Source: an uncultured Candidatus Saccharibacteria bacterium (GTDB lineage: Bacteria > Patescibacteriota > Minisyncoccia > Minisyncoccales > JAGOPM01). Taken from it: DNA of 63,434 nucleotides. Every line of letters starts with the position of its first letter. Within the stretch, counting starts at the first letter, position 1. Position numbers and translations under genes: made by a program. The stretch lies in contig CAZQSQ010000004.1 of the NCBI GenBank assembly GCA_964596325.1, positions 1 to 63,434 on the forward strand, read 5' to 3'. This document shows positions 46,696-56,816 of the stretch, piece after piece. The notes under the pieces were generated by a model, which worked only from the letters and a program-made list of their open reading frames with translations, searched no databases and was not told the DNA's origin.

Positions 46696-48183
46696 ATGAA
46701 AAAATCTCTTCTTTCATATCTAACGCTCTTGGCGGGATTGTGGAGCGGCACCGCCTTAGCCCAAACCGTCCGAACTTCCGGACAAATCAATTATCCGAAA
46801 ACTTTTAATGGGCTGACAATTTTCCAAGGCAACCGCGCCCCGCTATTGCCTGATTATATCCAATACATCTTTACCCTGATTATTATGGCTGCCGGATTAA
46901 TCATTCTCTGGGTGATAATTTCCTCAGGATTTGAATGGTATATTTCCGCGGGTAATGCCGGAAAGGTCAAAGAATCTAAAGATCGAATCTTTGCTGCCTT
47001 TGTCGGAGTTATTATTTTATTTTTAGCCTATTTAATCTTGCAAACCATTAACCCGGCTCTAACAACCATGAATTTAACGACATATTCAACCGGGATAAGT
47101 ATCGAGAATTCCATGCAGGATAAAATAATGGCTCCGTATTATGTGGCTGACTTAACCACTCTTGATCCGCCGGGCAATACTATCAGAATCCCCCAAGAAC
47201 GGATTACTTCGACTAAAATTTACTTTTTTACCGGGCGCAATTTTTCCGGAGAACCAACAGAAGCCGCTTATAATTGGTCGTGCCCCGCACCGAAAGCCGG
47301 AGACGAAGACCAGAAGGCGATAGAATGCACCATGCCGCTTCCCGAAGCATACAATAAAGGCTCTTTGATTACTTATGAATTAAAGCCCGGGGTTTATATT
47401 TATAAAAGAGTAGGGCAATCAAAAATAAACCAACCATCCAAGGCTGTTATACCTTTTTATATCTCTGGCGATATCGCCAATATCGAATATATGAACGATT
47501 ACAGCAATATTCCCGGGAAAATAGTCGGTTTTAGAATTTATAACGGCACCGACCCCAAACGCCGAATCGGGATTGTGGCTTGGGAAGGGAAAAACTATGA
47601 AGGCAAAGGCGTTGTTTTTGCCCCACCATATCATCAAGGCTGGTCGCCGCAGGGAACCGAAGATAATCCTTCCGGTATTGCCACATTTCCTTGGGCCGAC
47701 AGTGAAGGCAAGCAATTAGATATCAAATCAATTAAAGTTTTAGAAGTCGGCAACCGCCAGCCCGCCGACGTAGAAGTTTATTCAGAGGGAGAATACTTCC
47801 CGGACAGCCTTTGCGAATTAATCGACAAATCCAGCGAAAATGAGACTGCGATGAAACAGCAATATCTGGAAATTAACTGTTCTCCGACCAGTAATAACTT
47901 TCCCAAATCAATCAGAGTGCGGAACGGCATTGCGGTTATGATCTCCCAATTTTATAACGGCCAAGACATGTCGCTTGTTTATGGCGGTAATCCCCACATA
48001 GCCGACAAATATTATTTGGGCTTTATTAAGGGAGAAGTTTTTAAGGGTAACGACCCCAACCTAAACGACAATAGGGAGATAGGGGAGTGTGTCTGCTCCA
48101 ACCGTAATTGGTGGACCTTGGGAATCGCTTGCGCCATCTGGCAATCTTGCGGCACACATCTTATGACCTTTCCAATTCTTTAA
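46696..48183 (+). CDS. T4SS pilin fused to beta/gamma-crystallin-like repeats
   Basis: YIQYIFTL..GFEWYISAGNAGKVKESKDRIFAAFVG; YFFTGRNFSG, AWEGKNYEG. Confidence 0.7.
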   Translation: MKKSLLSYLTLLAGLWSGTALAQTVRTSGQINYPKTFNGLTIFQGNRAPLLPDYIQYIFTLIIMAAGLIILWVIISSGFEWYISAGNAGKVKESKDRIFAAFVGVIILFLAYLILQTINPALTTMNLTTYSTGISIENSMQDKIMAPYYVADLTTLDPPGNTIRIPQERITSTKIYFFTGRNFSGEPTEAAYNWSCPAPKAGDEDQKAIECTMPLPEAYNKGSLITYELKPGVYIYKRVGQSKINQPSKAVIPFYISGDIANIEYMNDYSNIPGKIVGFRIYNGTDPKRRIGIVAWEGKNYEGKGVVFAPPYHQGWSPQGTEDNPSGIATFPWADSEGKQLDIKSIKVLEVGNRQPADVEVYSEGEYFPDSLCELIDKSSENETAMKQQYLEINCSPTSNNFPKSIRVRNGIAVMISQFYNGQDMSLVYGGNPHIADKYYLGFIKGEVFKGNDPNLNDNREIGECVCSNRNWWTLGIACAIWQSCGTHLMTFPIL

Positions 48184-48222
48184 TCTAAAACCCCCGCTTA
48201 AAAGGCGGGGATTTTTTATATT

Positions 48223-48678
48223 TTATATTTTTTGAGTGGGTTTTATTATCAAGATACGCCTAGGCTCTTCTCCTTTGCTTTCACTGGCCACACCAGCGAA
48301 TTTTTTTAGCTCTGTATGGATAACCTTGCGTTCATAAGCCGAAAACCCATCTACCTCCTTAGTTAAACCGCTGCCTAAAACCTGTTGGGCATAATGCTTG
48401 GCTAGACCCTTCAAAAATTGCGCTTTCTGGCCCTTATAATCATTAACATCCAAATCAATAAAGATATTCTCGGTTGTGCGGCGGCGCGCCACTTTATTTA
48501 AGAGGGCTTGCAGGTCCATCAAAACCTCACCATTGCGCCCTATTAAAAATTTAGAGTCGGGGCTTTGCACTTTCACAAAGGCGGTTTCTTCAGGGCCAAG
48601 CTCGACATTTACCTCGCCGACAAATCCCATTTTTTCCAAAAACTCCGCTACTATCACTTTTATTTCTTCTGCTTTCAT
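48223..48678 (-). CDS. jag: Jag/EloR KH-R3H RNA-binding protein
   Basis: LIGRNGEVLMDLQ, SAYERKVIH, SKGEEPRR. Confidence 0.9.
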   Translation of the reverse strand: MKAEEIKVIVAEFLEKMGFVGEVNVELGPEETAFVKVQSPDSKFLIGRNGEVLMDLQALLNKVARRRTTENIFIDLDVNDYKGQKAQFLKGLAKHYAQQVLGSGLTKEVDGFSAYERKVIHTELKKFAGVASESKGEEPRRILIIKPTQKI

Positions 48679-48682
48679 AAAT

Positions 48683-49402
48683 TTACGACTTACTTAATAT
48701 TGTTTTTTGCACAATTAATGAAGCAACGATGGAAACGAGAAAATACAAACTCAGGGCAGAGGGGAGGCGGACCAAAATCAAGACAAAGGAAGCCATGAAA
48801 AATATATTCATATTCTTCATCATTTTTTCCTCAGGGTTTTTGGCTTTTTTGAAAACATTAACCCCAGAAACCAAGCTCATTTGAATAATTTGCAGAATGA
48901 CCACCCCTAAAGCTAGATATAAGTTTGTTTTGCTCAAATCTAAAATGCTGAGAAAATTGTAATTGATAGCGGCGGGTAATGCAACCCCGGGGTATAAAAA
49001 TGGGGTTTGGGCCCATTTTCCCGTTGCAAAATGTTGAGCAAACAGATTAAACATCTGGAATATCGCCCATAAAAACGGCAACTGGATAAAAAGCCCCGAG
49101 ATGCTGGCAAAGGGATTTAATTTCTCCTGTTGGTATAAATCCATCAAAGCTTTAGCTTGAGCCTCTTTATCATCCTTGAGCTTTCTTTGTATCTCTTCTA
49201 CCTTGGGCTGAATATCCTTCATTTTCTTCTGCTGCTTTTGGGCGCCGGTTTCAAATGGTAATAAAATAGCCTTAACGATTAAAGTAATTAAAATCACCAC
49301 GATGCCAAAATCCTTAATCGGCAAACTGTTGTATATCCAAAGAGATAAGTTAAATAATGGATAGAATAAAATTGTATTGTAGGCTTCAATAAAGATATTC
49401 AT
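48683..49402 (-). CDS. yidC: Membrane protein insertase YidC/Oxa1
   Basis: FGIVVILITLIVKAILLP, IQPKVEEIQ, FIQLPFLWAIF, PSALSLY. Confidence 0.93.
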   Translation of the reverse strand: MNIFIEAYNTILFYPLFNLSLWIYNSLPIKDFGIVVILITLIVKAILLPFETGAQKQQKKMKDIQPKVEEIQRKLKDDKEAQAKALMDLYQQEKLNPFASISGLFIQLPFLWAIFQMFNLFAQHFATGKWAQTPFLYPGVALPAAINYNFLSILDLSKTNLYLALGVVILQIIQMSLVSGVNVFKKAKNPEEKMMKNMNIFFMASFVLILVRLPSALSLYFLVSIVASLIVQKTILSKS

Positions 49403-49740
49403 TTGAGTGTTTTGATTTTAGCAAAGCAGGATTGTAAATCAATGCTTAATTGTTGATAGGTCGCCTGAGCGCAGGCGGGGAGGGCAATCACTAAAATATC
49501 CTTATGGTCAGTGAAGGTTTTGGCTTGCTTTCGGGTGATATCCCTTAAAATCCTTTTAACCTTATTACGGATTACCGCTTTTTTGGAAACCTTCAAGGAG
49601 GTAATAAAACCAAACCTGCTGTTAGGCAGGTTATTGGTTACGATTTTAATAATAAGATATTTTCCTTTTAGGGCTATTCCGGATTTAAGCACTCTGCCAA
49701 TATCTTTATTGCGCTTTAGCCGCAATGATCGTGGGAACAT
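49399..49740 (-). CDS. rnpA: RNase P protein
   Basis: RFGFITSLKVSKKAVIRNKVKR. Confidence 0.93.
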   Translation of the reverse strand: MFPRSLRLKRNKDIGRVLKSGIALKGKYLIIKIVTNNLPNSRFGFITSLKVSKKAVIRNKVKRILRDITRKQAKTFTDHKDILVIALPACAQATYQQLSIDLQSCFAKIKTLK

Positions 49741-49745
49741 AACTC

Positions 49746-49880
49746 TTAAACGGCTAAGCGCTTTCGGCCTCGGCTCCGACGGGCATTAATGAGCTTTTTA
49801 CCGCCCTTAGTCTTCATTCTTTTAAGAAAACCGTGGGTTCTAGCTCTCTTTTTCTTCTTAGGTTGGTATGTGAACGACAT
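49746..49880 (-). CDS. rpmH: 50S ribosomal protein L34
   Basis: [31 protein letters not shown] (start at 49880). Confidence 0.96.
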   Translation of the reverse strand: MSFTYQPKKKKRARTHGFLKRMKTKGGKKLINARRSRGRKRLAV

Positions 49881-49959
49881 ATTTTTTACTAAACACATAG
49901 TAACAAAATTTGACTCTTTAGTCAAACTATTTTTATATTGCCAACATTCTATTAACAAC

Positions 49960-49991
49960 TTTTCCACAGGATGTTAACTTTCTGTGGAAAA
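49960..49991. promoter_or_regulatory. Inverted DnaA-box pair upstream of dnaA
   Basis: ttttccaca (49960-68) and tgtggaaaa (49983-91). Confidence 0.7.
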
Positions 49992-50029
49992 ATGTTCTGA
50001 TATTTGATTTTGTTGACATTATTTAAGGC

Positions 50030-51421
50030 ATGAATAAAATAAGAACAAGAATTGAACAACATAACAACATGACTAATGAAGAACTTTGGCAAGCTGTCCT
50101 TGCTCAAATACAATTAGCCATCACTCAGGCGCAATTTGCGACTTGGTTTACTAAGACGTCGATATTTTCCAGAACGGAAAAAGGAGTGATAGTTTCTATT
50201 CCTAATAGTTTTTCAAAGGAATGGATCCAGAATAAATATCACAAGCAAATACTTAAAATCTTAAATTCCCTCGACAATTCCATTAAAGATATTGAATATC
50301 AAGTCAACCCAATCCAGCAACCAAAACCTAAGGAAGAAGATAATTATTTGATACCAACCTCCACCGCACCTCTCTTTGACCAGATTAATGCCGATAAAGA
50401 AACAAACTTAAATCCTAAGTATAAATTCGAGAATTTCGTTGTCGGCGCTTTTAATGAATTAACTTTTGCCGCCGCTCAGGCAATCTGTAAAAATCCGGGC
50501 ACAGTTTATAACCCCTTCTTTATTTACGGGGGAACGGGCCTTGGTAAAACCCACCTCCTCCAGGCGATCGGCAATCAAGTCACTAAAGATTTTCCCTTAA
50601 AAAAGATTAAATATATCCCTTCCGAGACTTTGACGAGTGACATTATTAATTCCATTCACAACCAGACAATCGAAGAATTAAAGGCCAATTATAAGAAGGT
50701 AGATGTTTTGATTGTTGACGACATCCAATTTTTGTCCGGAAAAGAAAAAACCCAAGAGGAATTTTTTAATGTTTTTAATGCTTTATACGAAAAAAATAAG
50801 CAGATAATCCTTTCTTCTGATCGGCCCCCTAAAGCTATCGCCGCCCTCGAGGATAGGCTTCGCTCCCGCTTTGAAGGGGGAATGATTGCTGATATCGCTA
50901 TCCCAGACTTTGAGACCCGGATTGCCATCTTAATGGAAAAAGCTAATGAAAAGGGGGTAGATTTACCAAAGGATGTTTATGAATATATCGCCACAAACAT
51001 TCAGCGTAATGTGCGCGAATTAGAAGGAGCACTAAATAAAATAATCGCTAATTATAAGCTAACAGGGCAACAAATTGATTTAGAGGGTGCAAAAAAAATA
51101 CTAAAAACCATCATCTCTCCAACCTTAAAACAAAAAAATCCGGAGAGAATAGTGCAAGTTGTGGCTGAATTTTACAACTTAAAAGAAAAAGATATCTATA
51201 GTGAATCAAGAAAAAAGGAGATTGTCCGGCCACGCCAAATCGCAATGTATTTATTGAGATTGGAATTAAAAAAATCCTTCCCAGAGATAAGCCGTTTTCT
51301 AGGCGGCAAAGACCACACAACCGCTATTTATGCTTGCAAGAAGGTTGAATCCGCCATTAAGGATATTGATGGGTTTTCTGATGAGATAGATACGATAAAA
51401 CAGATGATTTATTCTTGTTGA
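50030..51421 (+). CDS. dnaA: Chromosomal replication initiator
   Basis: NPFFIYGGTGLGKTHLL, DDIQF, RLRSRFEGG, RPRQIAMYL, KDHTT; the start may be ATG 50069. Confidence 0.98.
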   Translation: MNKIRTRIEQHNNMTNEELWQAVLAQIQLAITQAQFATWFTKTSIFSRTEKGVIVSIPNSFSKEWIQNKYHKQILKILNSLDNSIKDIEYQVNPIQQPKPKEEDNYLIPTSTAPLFDQINADKETNLNPKYKFENFVVGAFNELTFAAAQAICKNPGTVYNPFFIYGGTGLGKTHLLQAIGNQVTKDFPLKKIKYIPSETLTSDIINSIHNQTIEELKANYKKVDVLIVDDIQFLSGKEKTQEEFFNVFNALYEKNKQIILSSDRPPKAIAALEDRLRSRFEGGMIADIAIPDFETRIAILMEKANEKGVDLPKDVYEYIATNIQRNVRELEGALNKIIANYKLTGQQIDLEGAKKILKTIISPTLKQKNPERIVQVVAEFYNLKEKDIYSESRKKEIVRPRQIAMYLLRLELKKSFPEISRFLGGKDHTTAIYACKKVESAIKDIDGFSDEIDTIKQMIYSC

Positions 51422-51683
51422 TTGTTGATAAGTTTGTGGATTTTTTGTTGGAATATTATTAATTTGTTTGTTGATATTGTGGTATTAAAAATGGAAGAGT
51501 AGTGAATATAAAAACAAAAAAATAATTATTAAGATTTCACTTACAGAATTAAAAGCGGGCACAGATTAATTCAGATATTTATCCACAATAAAAACCGTTG
51601 ATTTGAAAGAAAATTATTCCAAATCCGCCAATTATTCACACATATAACAACAATAATAATTTTATTAATTATATTACCCACTT
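51422..51683. other. Probable oriC
   Basis: AT-rich dnaA-dnaN spacer with ttatccaca (51579-87), ttattcaca (51632-40) and tgttgataa (51423-31); the plus strand looks C/A-rich to the left and G/T-rich to the right (by eye, not computed). Confidence 0.8.
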
Positions 51684-52802
51684 ATGAAAATTTTAATTTT
51701 GAAGGAAAATCTAAAAAAGGCACTATCTGTTGTAGAAAAGATAGTTTCTAAAAACCTTACCTTACCGATCTTAAATAACATCCTCTTAAAAACAGAAAAA
51801 AATTTTCTATGTCTAGTCAGTACTAATTTGGAAATCGGGATAAAGTATTGGGTCTTAGCTAAAATAAATGAAGAAGGGGCATTAGTGGTGCCTTCAAGGC
51901 TCTTTTCCGGATTTATTTCCACGATTAATAATGAAAAGGTTAATATCGATTCTAAAGGCAATTCAATCGATATAAAGAGTGATGATTATAAGGCGCAAAT
52001 CAAAGGGTTCGATTCTCAAGAGTTTCCCTTAATACCGGAAATCGACAATCAGGATACGATTGAAATTAATGCAAAGGAGTTTTGTGAGGCTTTAGCGCAA
52101 ATTATTAATTTTTGCTCAATAAACCAATCCCGCCCGGAGATTTCCGGCGTTTATCTTAATTTTCAAAAAGAGAAGTTGAGTTTGGTTGCGACCGATAGTT
52201 TTCGCTTGGCGGAAAAAAACATATTTATTAAAGAGGGATTCAAAAAAGATCATTCCTTTATAATCCCTCAAAAAACCGCTCAAGAGATAATAAATATATT
52301 TGCAGGGGAGGAGAGTGTGAAAATATATTTTAATACCAATCAAATTTTATTGGAATCTTATTATAAGGAAGTTAATCACCCTAAAGTCCAGTTAACCTCT
52401 ACTCTTATCCAAGGGGATTTTCCGAATTATAAAGATATTATTCCCAAACAAAACGAAACAAAAGTAATAGTGGCAACTGATGATTTTGCTAATAAATTAA
52501 AGATTGCTAGTTTGTTTTCCAATAAAACTAATGAAATTAGGGTTGATATTAATTGTGATGGTGGGATAGATATCTCTTCACAGAATACCGATATTGGTGA
52601 AAATCAGTCGCATATTCAAGCTCAGGTTGAAGGTAAAGAGCAATCGATTTGCTTTAATTATAAATATTTGACTGATGGTGTTTTAAGTCCCCAATCGAAA
52701 AGTATTATATTTGAGGTGAATGGCGATAGTGGTCCTTCAGTTATTAAATCAATCAGCGATCCTAATTACCTTTATTTGGTAATGCCTATCAAAAATACCT
52801 AA
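51684..52802 (+). CDS. dnaN: DNA polymerase III beta clamp
   Basis: LPILNNILL..STNLEIG, VATDSFRLAE, FNYKYL, YLVMPI. Confidence 0.97.
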   Translation: MKILILKENLKKALSVVEKIVSKNLTLPILNNILLKTEKNFLCLVSTNLEIGIKYWVLAKINEEGALVVPSRLFSGFISTINNEKVNIDSKGNSIDIKSDDYKAQIKGFDSQEFPLIPEIDNQDTIEINAKEFCEALAQIINFCSINQSRPEISGVYLNFQKEKLSLVATDSFRLAEKNIFIKEGFKKDHSFIIPQKTAQEIINIFAGEESVKIYFNTNQILLESYYKEVNHPKVQLTSTLIQGDFPNYKDIIPKQNETKVIVATDDFANKLKIASLFSNKTNEIRVDINCDGGIDISSQNTDIGENQSHIQAQVEGKEQSICFNYKYLTDGVLSPQSKSIIFEVNGDSGPSVIKSISDPNYLYLVMPIKNT

Positions 52803-52848
52803 GCTTAATTAGAAAGAATAAAAATACCCACTATTAGTGGGTATTTTT

Positions 52849-54771
52849 TTAAGGCTTGGTAAATTCTTTTTCGGGTGGGTATAGGTAGAGGCAATACTGC
52901 ATAATCTGATGGAAGGCCGGGCCCGCCATCGTTTCGCCAAGTTTTTTAATGGCGGCATTATTATTATTTCCCACCCAAACCCCTACGGCTGTTTTGGGGG
53001 TGTAACCGATAGTCCAACCATCCTTAAAGTCATTAGTAGTACCAGTTTTAGCCGCTACCGCGTAATTATCAAAATAAAGATTAGATCTTGGCCCAAACAT
53101 AGGCGAACGAGCGACGTTATCAGAGAGAATATTGTTAATTAGTCTGGCGTCTTTTTCACTAAGAACTCTCTTAGGGGTAAGGGAATATTTTTTAATTACT
53201 TCTCCACTAGTATTTTCTACTCTTAGTATAGGGTGGGGATCAACCTTCATTCCTTCAGTGGCAAATACCCCGAAGGCCGAAGTAATCTCTAAGGGCTTAA
53301 CTTCCCAGCCTCCAAGCACGATTGATGGCCCGTAAGGGGGTTTAAGCGTGTTTATACCCATATCCTGAGCGGTTTTGACCGAATCTTGGAGCCCAGCTAA
53401 ATACATTAGAGTTTTAACTGCGGGAATATTTAATGACATAGCTAAGGCTGAGCGGATGGTAACTGCTCCTCTAAATAAACCATCGTAATTGGTTGGGGTA
53501 TAATCTTTCCCACCCCAATTCCCAAAATTAGTCGGTTCATCCACTATTATAGTTTTATCATTGTAGCCCTTCTTAAAAGCCGTGACATAAATAAATGGCT
53601 TAAAAGTTGAACCGGGTTGCCGCCCATTACCATAAACAGTCATATTTACCTGCGGGTCAAATAAACAATTACTGGTGCAATTTTGGGGTGCTGTTTGGCC
53701 CCAATAATCCTTAGAGCCAACCATGGAAAGTATTTCCCCAGTATTCGGGTCTACTACAACTGCAGCCGCATTATAAGCATTAAATTTCTCATTATAAGTT
53801 CCTTTTTCTTTGATAATTCTTTCAACTTCCTTTTGTAAATCCCAATTTAAGGTGGTGTAAACCTTTAAGCCGTTTTCATTGATAAAATCTTCACCGTATT
53901 CATTAATAAGTAATTGTTTAACGTATAAAGAGAAGTGGGGAGCTAAAATACTGTCTTTATTTTTGATAAAACCAACAGGCTCCTTTATATATTTTTCATA
54001 TTCCTCCTTAGAGATGAATTTTTCATCCAGCATCCTCTTTAATACATAATCATTCTTTCGCTTTATTAACTCATCAACATGGGAGCCAAAGGGACTAAAA
54101 TATGAAGGCCGTTGTATTAAGGCGGCCAATAGGGCGCTCTCATTAATAGAGAGATCTTTAGCGGGTTTTCCAAAATAAACTTTAGCTGCCTGTTGAACGC
54201 CATAAATATTGCCAGAGTAGGGGACTCTATTAAGATACCATTCAAATATCTGATCTTTAGAATAGCGACGCTCTAATTGTAAAGAAAGGGTGATTTCTTT
54301 AATTTTTCTTCCGATACTTTTTTCAGTCGATAAAAAAGTAGTTCTAATTAACTGTTGGGTTAGGGTTGAACCACCCCCGCATTGGCCAAAACAAATCACC
54401 ACCCTCACTAAGCCATTAATATCTACTCCTGGGTGCTCATAAAAATGAGAGTCTTCGGTGGCTAATATGGCATTTTTTAAGTGTTGAGGCACTTGATCTA
54501 AAGTGATCAACTCCCTGTCTTCTGGGCCTAATTTATAGAGTAAAACTTTTCCAGTGCGGTCGTAAATTTCAGTGCTTTGGGTGGTTTGGATTTCGTTAAA
54601 AATTTCAGGCTGTGGTAGGTCTTTTGTGAAGTAAATCATCAATAAAACGACTCCAATTAAACCAATTAGAATCAAAATTGCCGCTGATCGCAAAATCAGC
54701 CAAATATTTTCCATAATCCACGACCACAAACGTTTAATTCCGATATATTTAGTCATTTTGACAAGTTTCAA
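52849..54771 (-). CDS. Class A penicillin-binding protein
   Basis: ATED..FYEH.G, GGSTLTQQL, QPGSTFKP, SLN, AKTGT. Confidence 0.93.
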   Translation of the reverse strand: MKLVKMTKYIGIKRLWSWIMENIWLILRSAAILILIGLIGVVLLMIYFTKDLPQPEIFNEIQTTQSTEIYDRTGKVLLYKLGPEDRELITLDQVPQHLKNAILATEDSHFYEHPGVDINGLVRVVICFGQCGGGSTLTQQLIRTTFLSTEKSIGRKIKEITLSLQLERRYSKDQIFEWYLNRVPYSGNIYGVQQAAKVYFGKPAKDLSINESALLAALIQRPSYFSPFGSHVDELIKRKNDYVLKRMLDEKFISKEEYEKYIKEPVGFIKNKDSILAPHFSLYVKQLLINEYGEDFINENGLKVYTTLNWDLQKEVERIIKEKGTYNEKFNAYNAAAVVVDPNTGEILSMVGSKDYWGQTAPQNCTSNCLFDPQVNMTVYGNGRQPGSTFKPFIYVTAFKKGYNDKTIIVDEPTNFGNWGGKDYTPTNYDGLFRGAVTIRSALAMSLNIPAVKTLMYLAGLQDSVKTAQDMGINTLKPPYGPSIVLGGWEVKPLEITSAFGVFATEGMKVDPHPILRVENTSGEVIKKYSLTPKRVLSEKDARLINNILSDNVARSPMFGPRSNLYFDNYAVAAKTGTTNDFKDGWTIGYTPKTAVGVWVGNNNNAAIKKLGETMAGPAFHQIMQYCLYLYPPEKEFTKP

Positions 54772-54799
54772 AATTTACGATTAATGATATAATAAATTT

Positions 54800-55993
54800 A
54801 TGAAAATTGCCACTGATTTAAGCAAAATTGAGGAGTTGCTGTCAAGGGGGGTGGAAGAATTGGTTGATGAAAGAAACCTTAAAGAAGCTCTTTTATCCGG
54901 TAAGCAATTGCGGGTGAAATTAGGCATTGATCCAACCGGTAAAAAAATCCACCTTGGGCGCGCCACACAATTATGGAAGTTAAAAGATTTTCAGGATTTG
55001 GGGCATAAAATTGTTTTAATTATTGGTGATTTTACCGCTACTATCGGAGATGCTTCTGATAAGGAGGCGATGCGCAAAGTTTTAAGCAAGGAAGAGGTAG
55101 AGGAAAATATGGTTGGGTATTTAGAGCAGATGGGAAAGATAATTAATTTAAGAGAGGCGGAGGTTCATTATAATAGTGAATGGCACGATAAGCTCTCCGT
55201 CCGGGAATTGATTTCTATTACCCAAAAATATACCGCCCAGCAAATGATTCAGCGTAGGAATTTCAAAGAGCGCTGGGAACAAGAAAAGCCGATCGGCTTA
55301 CATGAAATTTTTTATCCAATATTTCAAGGTTATGATTCGGTTGCTATTAAGGCTGATGTGGAGCTTGGCGGCCAGGACCAGCTTTTTAACTTGCAGGCCG
55401 GGAGATTTATACAGGAACTTTATAAACAAAAACCCCAAAATATCATGATGTTAAAAATGATTTGGGGTTTAGATGGCCGTAAAATGTCGACTTCATGGGG
55501 CAATGTTATTAATATTACCGACGAGCCCAATGATATGTTTGGCAAAATTATGTCTATGCGTGATGAATATATTATCGATTATTTTATCACCTGTACCCGC
55601 TATCCCTTGGAAAAAATAAAAGCTCTGGAGGAGGGTATAAAAAACGGCCAAAATCCCCGAGATGCCAAAGCTTTATTGGCTCAAGAGATTGTTTATTTGT
55701 ATTATGGTCAAGAAGTAGCCCTAAAAGCTTTAGGGGAGTTTGAAAATATATTCAAAAACAAAGAAATTCCCCAAGATATTCCCGAGGTGGAAGTTGCCCA
55801 AAATAAGATTAATATTGTCGATTTGATTATTTTAGCTAAATTGGCCGAATCCAAACAAGAAGCCCGACGGCTTATTGAGCAGGGAGGAGTCAGGTTAAAA
55901 TCCACAGTAATTGAAAATTATAAACAAGAGGTGGATATCGTATCCGGTGATATTTTACAGGTAGGAAAGCGCCGGTTTATAAAGATTAAGTAA
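54800..55993 (+). CDS. tyrS: Tyrosine-tRNA ligase
   Basis: GIDPTGKKIHLG, GGQDQLFN, KMSTS, C-terminal S4 domain; leaderless (TATAAT 6 nt before ATG). Confidence 0.96.
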   Translation: MKIATDLSKIEELLSRGVEELVDERNLKEALLSGKQLRVKLGIDPTGKKIHLGRATQLWKLKDFQDLGHKIVLIIGDFTATIGDASDKEAMRKVLSKEEVEENMVGYLEQMGKIINLREAEVHYNSEWHDKLSVRELISITQKYTAQQMIQRRNFKERWEQEKPIGLHEIFYPIFQGYDSVAIKADVELGGQDQLFNLQAGRFIQELYKQKPQNIMMLKMIWGLDGRKMSTSWGNVINITDEPNDMFGKIMSMRDEYIIDYFITCTRYPLEKIKALEEGIKNGQNPRDAKALLAQEIVYLYYGQEVALKALGEFENIFKNKEIPQDIPEVEVAQNKINIVDLIILAKLAESKQEARRLIEQGGVRLKSTVIENYKQEVDIVSGDILQVGKRRFIKIK

Positions 55994-56024
55994 TAAAAAA
56001 CCATCCGGCTAACCGGATGGTTTT

Positions 56025-56177
56025 TTATATGTCGTCGTCGTGGTCGTTACTATCCTCTTCCTCAGCTTCCTTCTCTTCCACTTCTTCAGAACCTTCTCCA
56101 AAATCTTCCTCAATATCTAAATCCTCCCCATCTTCTTCTGAGCCATATTCTGTGTCATCATCTTCTTCATTGGTCAT
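56025..56177 (-). CDS. 50-aa extremely acidic peptide
   Basis: MTNEEDDDTEYGSEEDGEDLDIEEDFGEGSEEVEEKEAEEEDSNDHDDDI; GGGGGA upstream; shares a bidirectional terminator with tyrS. Confidence 0.5.
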   Translation of the reverse strand: MTNEEDDDTEYGSEEDGEDLDIEEDFGEGSEEVEEKEAEEEDSNDHDDDI

Positions 56178-56300
56178 ATCCCCCCAGAAAGAGTATATTT
56201 TATTTTCTTCTTCTTGGAAAAACATATTTTTATGTATGCAAAAATATTATTTACTTATTTTTGTTATTCTTATGGGATTATAGAAATTCTAAAAGCGCTG

Positions 56301-56813
56301 TCAAGTGTTTTTTAACAGCTTCTTGAGGTTGTAAGCATTAGCCAGGCAAATCGCCGCGCATAAGGCATCGGCCGCATCATCGGGGGAGGGTATGGATTTT
56401 AAGCCTAAAGCTAATTGAGCCATCCTCTGAATTTGCTTTTTATTAGCCCGCCCATAGCCAGTTAGGGCCATTTTGACTTGGTTAGGGGTAAATTCCTCGT
56501 AAGCAATATTATAATTGGCGCAAGCTAAAAGGGTCATGCCACGGGCTTGAGCTACCGTCATAGCGGTTTTGGCATTATTTTGAAAAAAAAGTTTTTCCAC
56601 GGAGATAGCGTCCGGTTTATGTTTTTTTATTAAGTAAACCAACCCTTCATAAATTTCCTTTAAGCGTAAAGCGTGGTCGGTTTTAGCCGAAGTTAAAATT
56701 ACGCCACAATCAATGTAGCGTATTTTTTTAGGCGATTTTTTTGTTTGGGGTTCAAATTCGATTAAGCCAAACCCTGTCGTGGCGGTACCCGGGTCAATCC
56801 CAAGGATTAACAT
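56301..56813 (-). CDS. ruvC: Holliday junction resolvase
   Basis: ILGIDPG, VEKLFF, KMALTGYGRANK, DDAADAL. Confidence 0.96.
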   Translation of the reverse strand: MLILGIDPGTATTGFGLIEFEPQTKKSPKKIRYIDCGVILTSAKTDHALRLKEIYEGLVYLIKKHKPDAISVEKLFFQNNAKTAMTVAQARGMTLLACANYNIAYEEFTPNQVKMALTGYGRANKKQIQRMAQLALGLKSIPSPDDAADALCAAICLANAYNLKKLLKNT

Positions 56814-56816
56814 ATT

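Noticed and set aside
38086-48183. Conjugative ICE
   Set aside because: No relaxase, coupling protein or att boundaries; the cluster is continuous with core genes.
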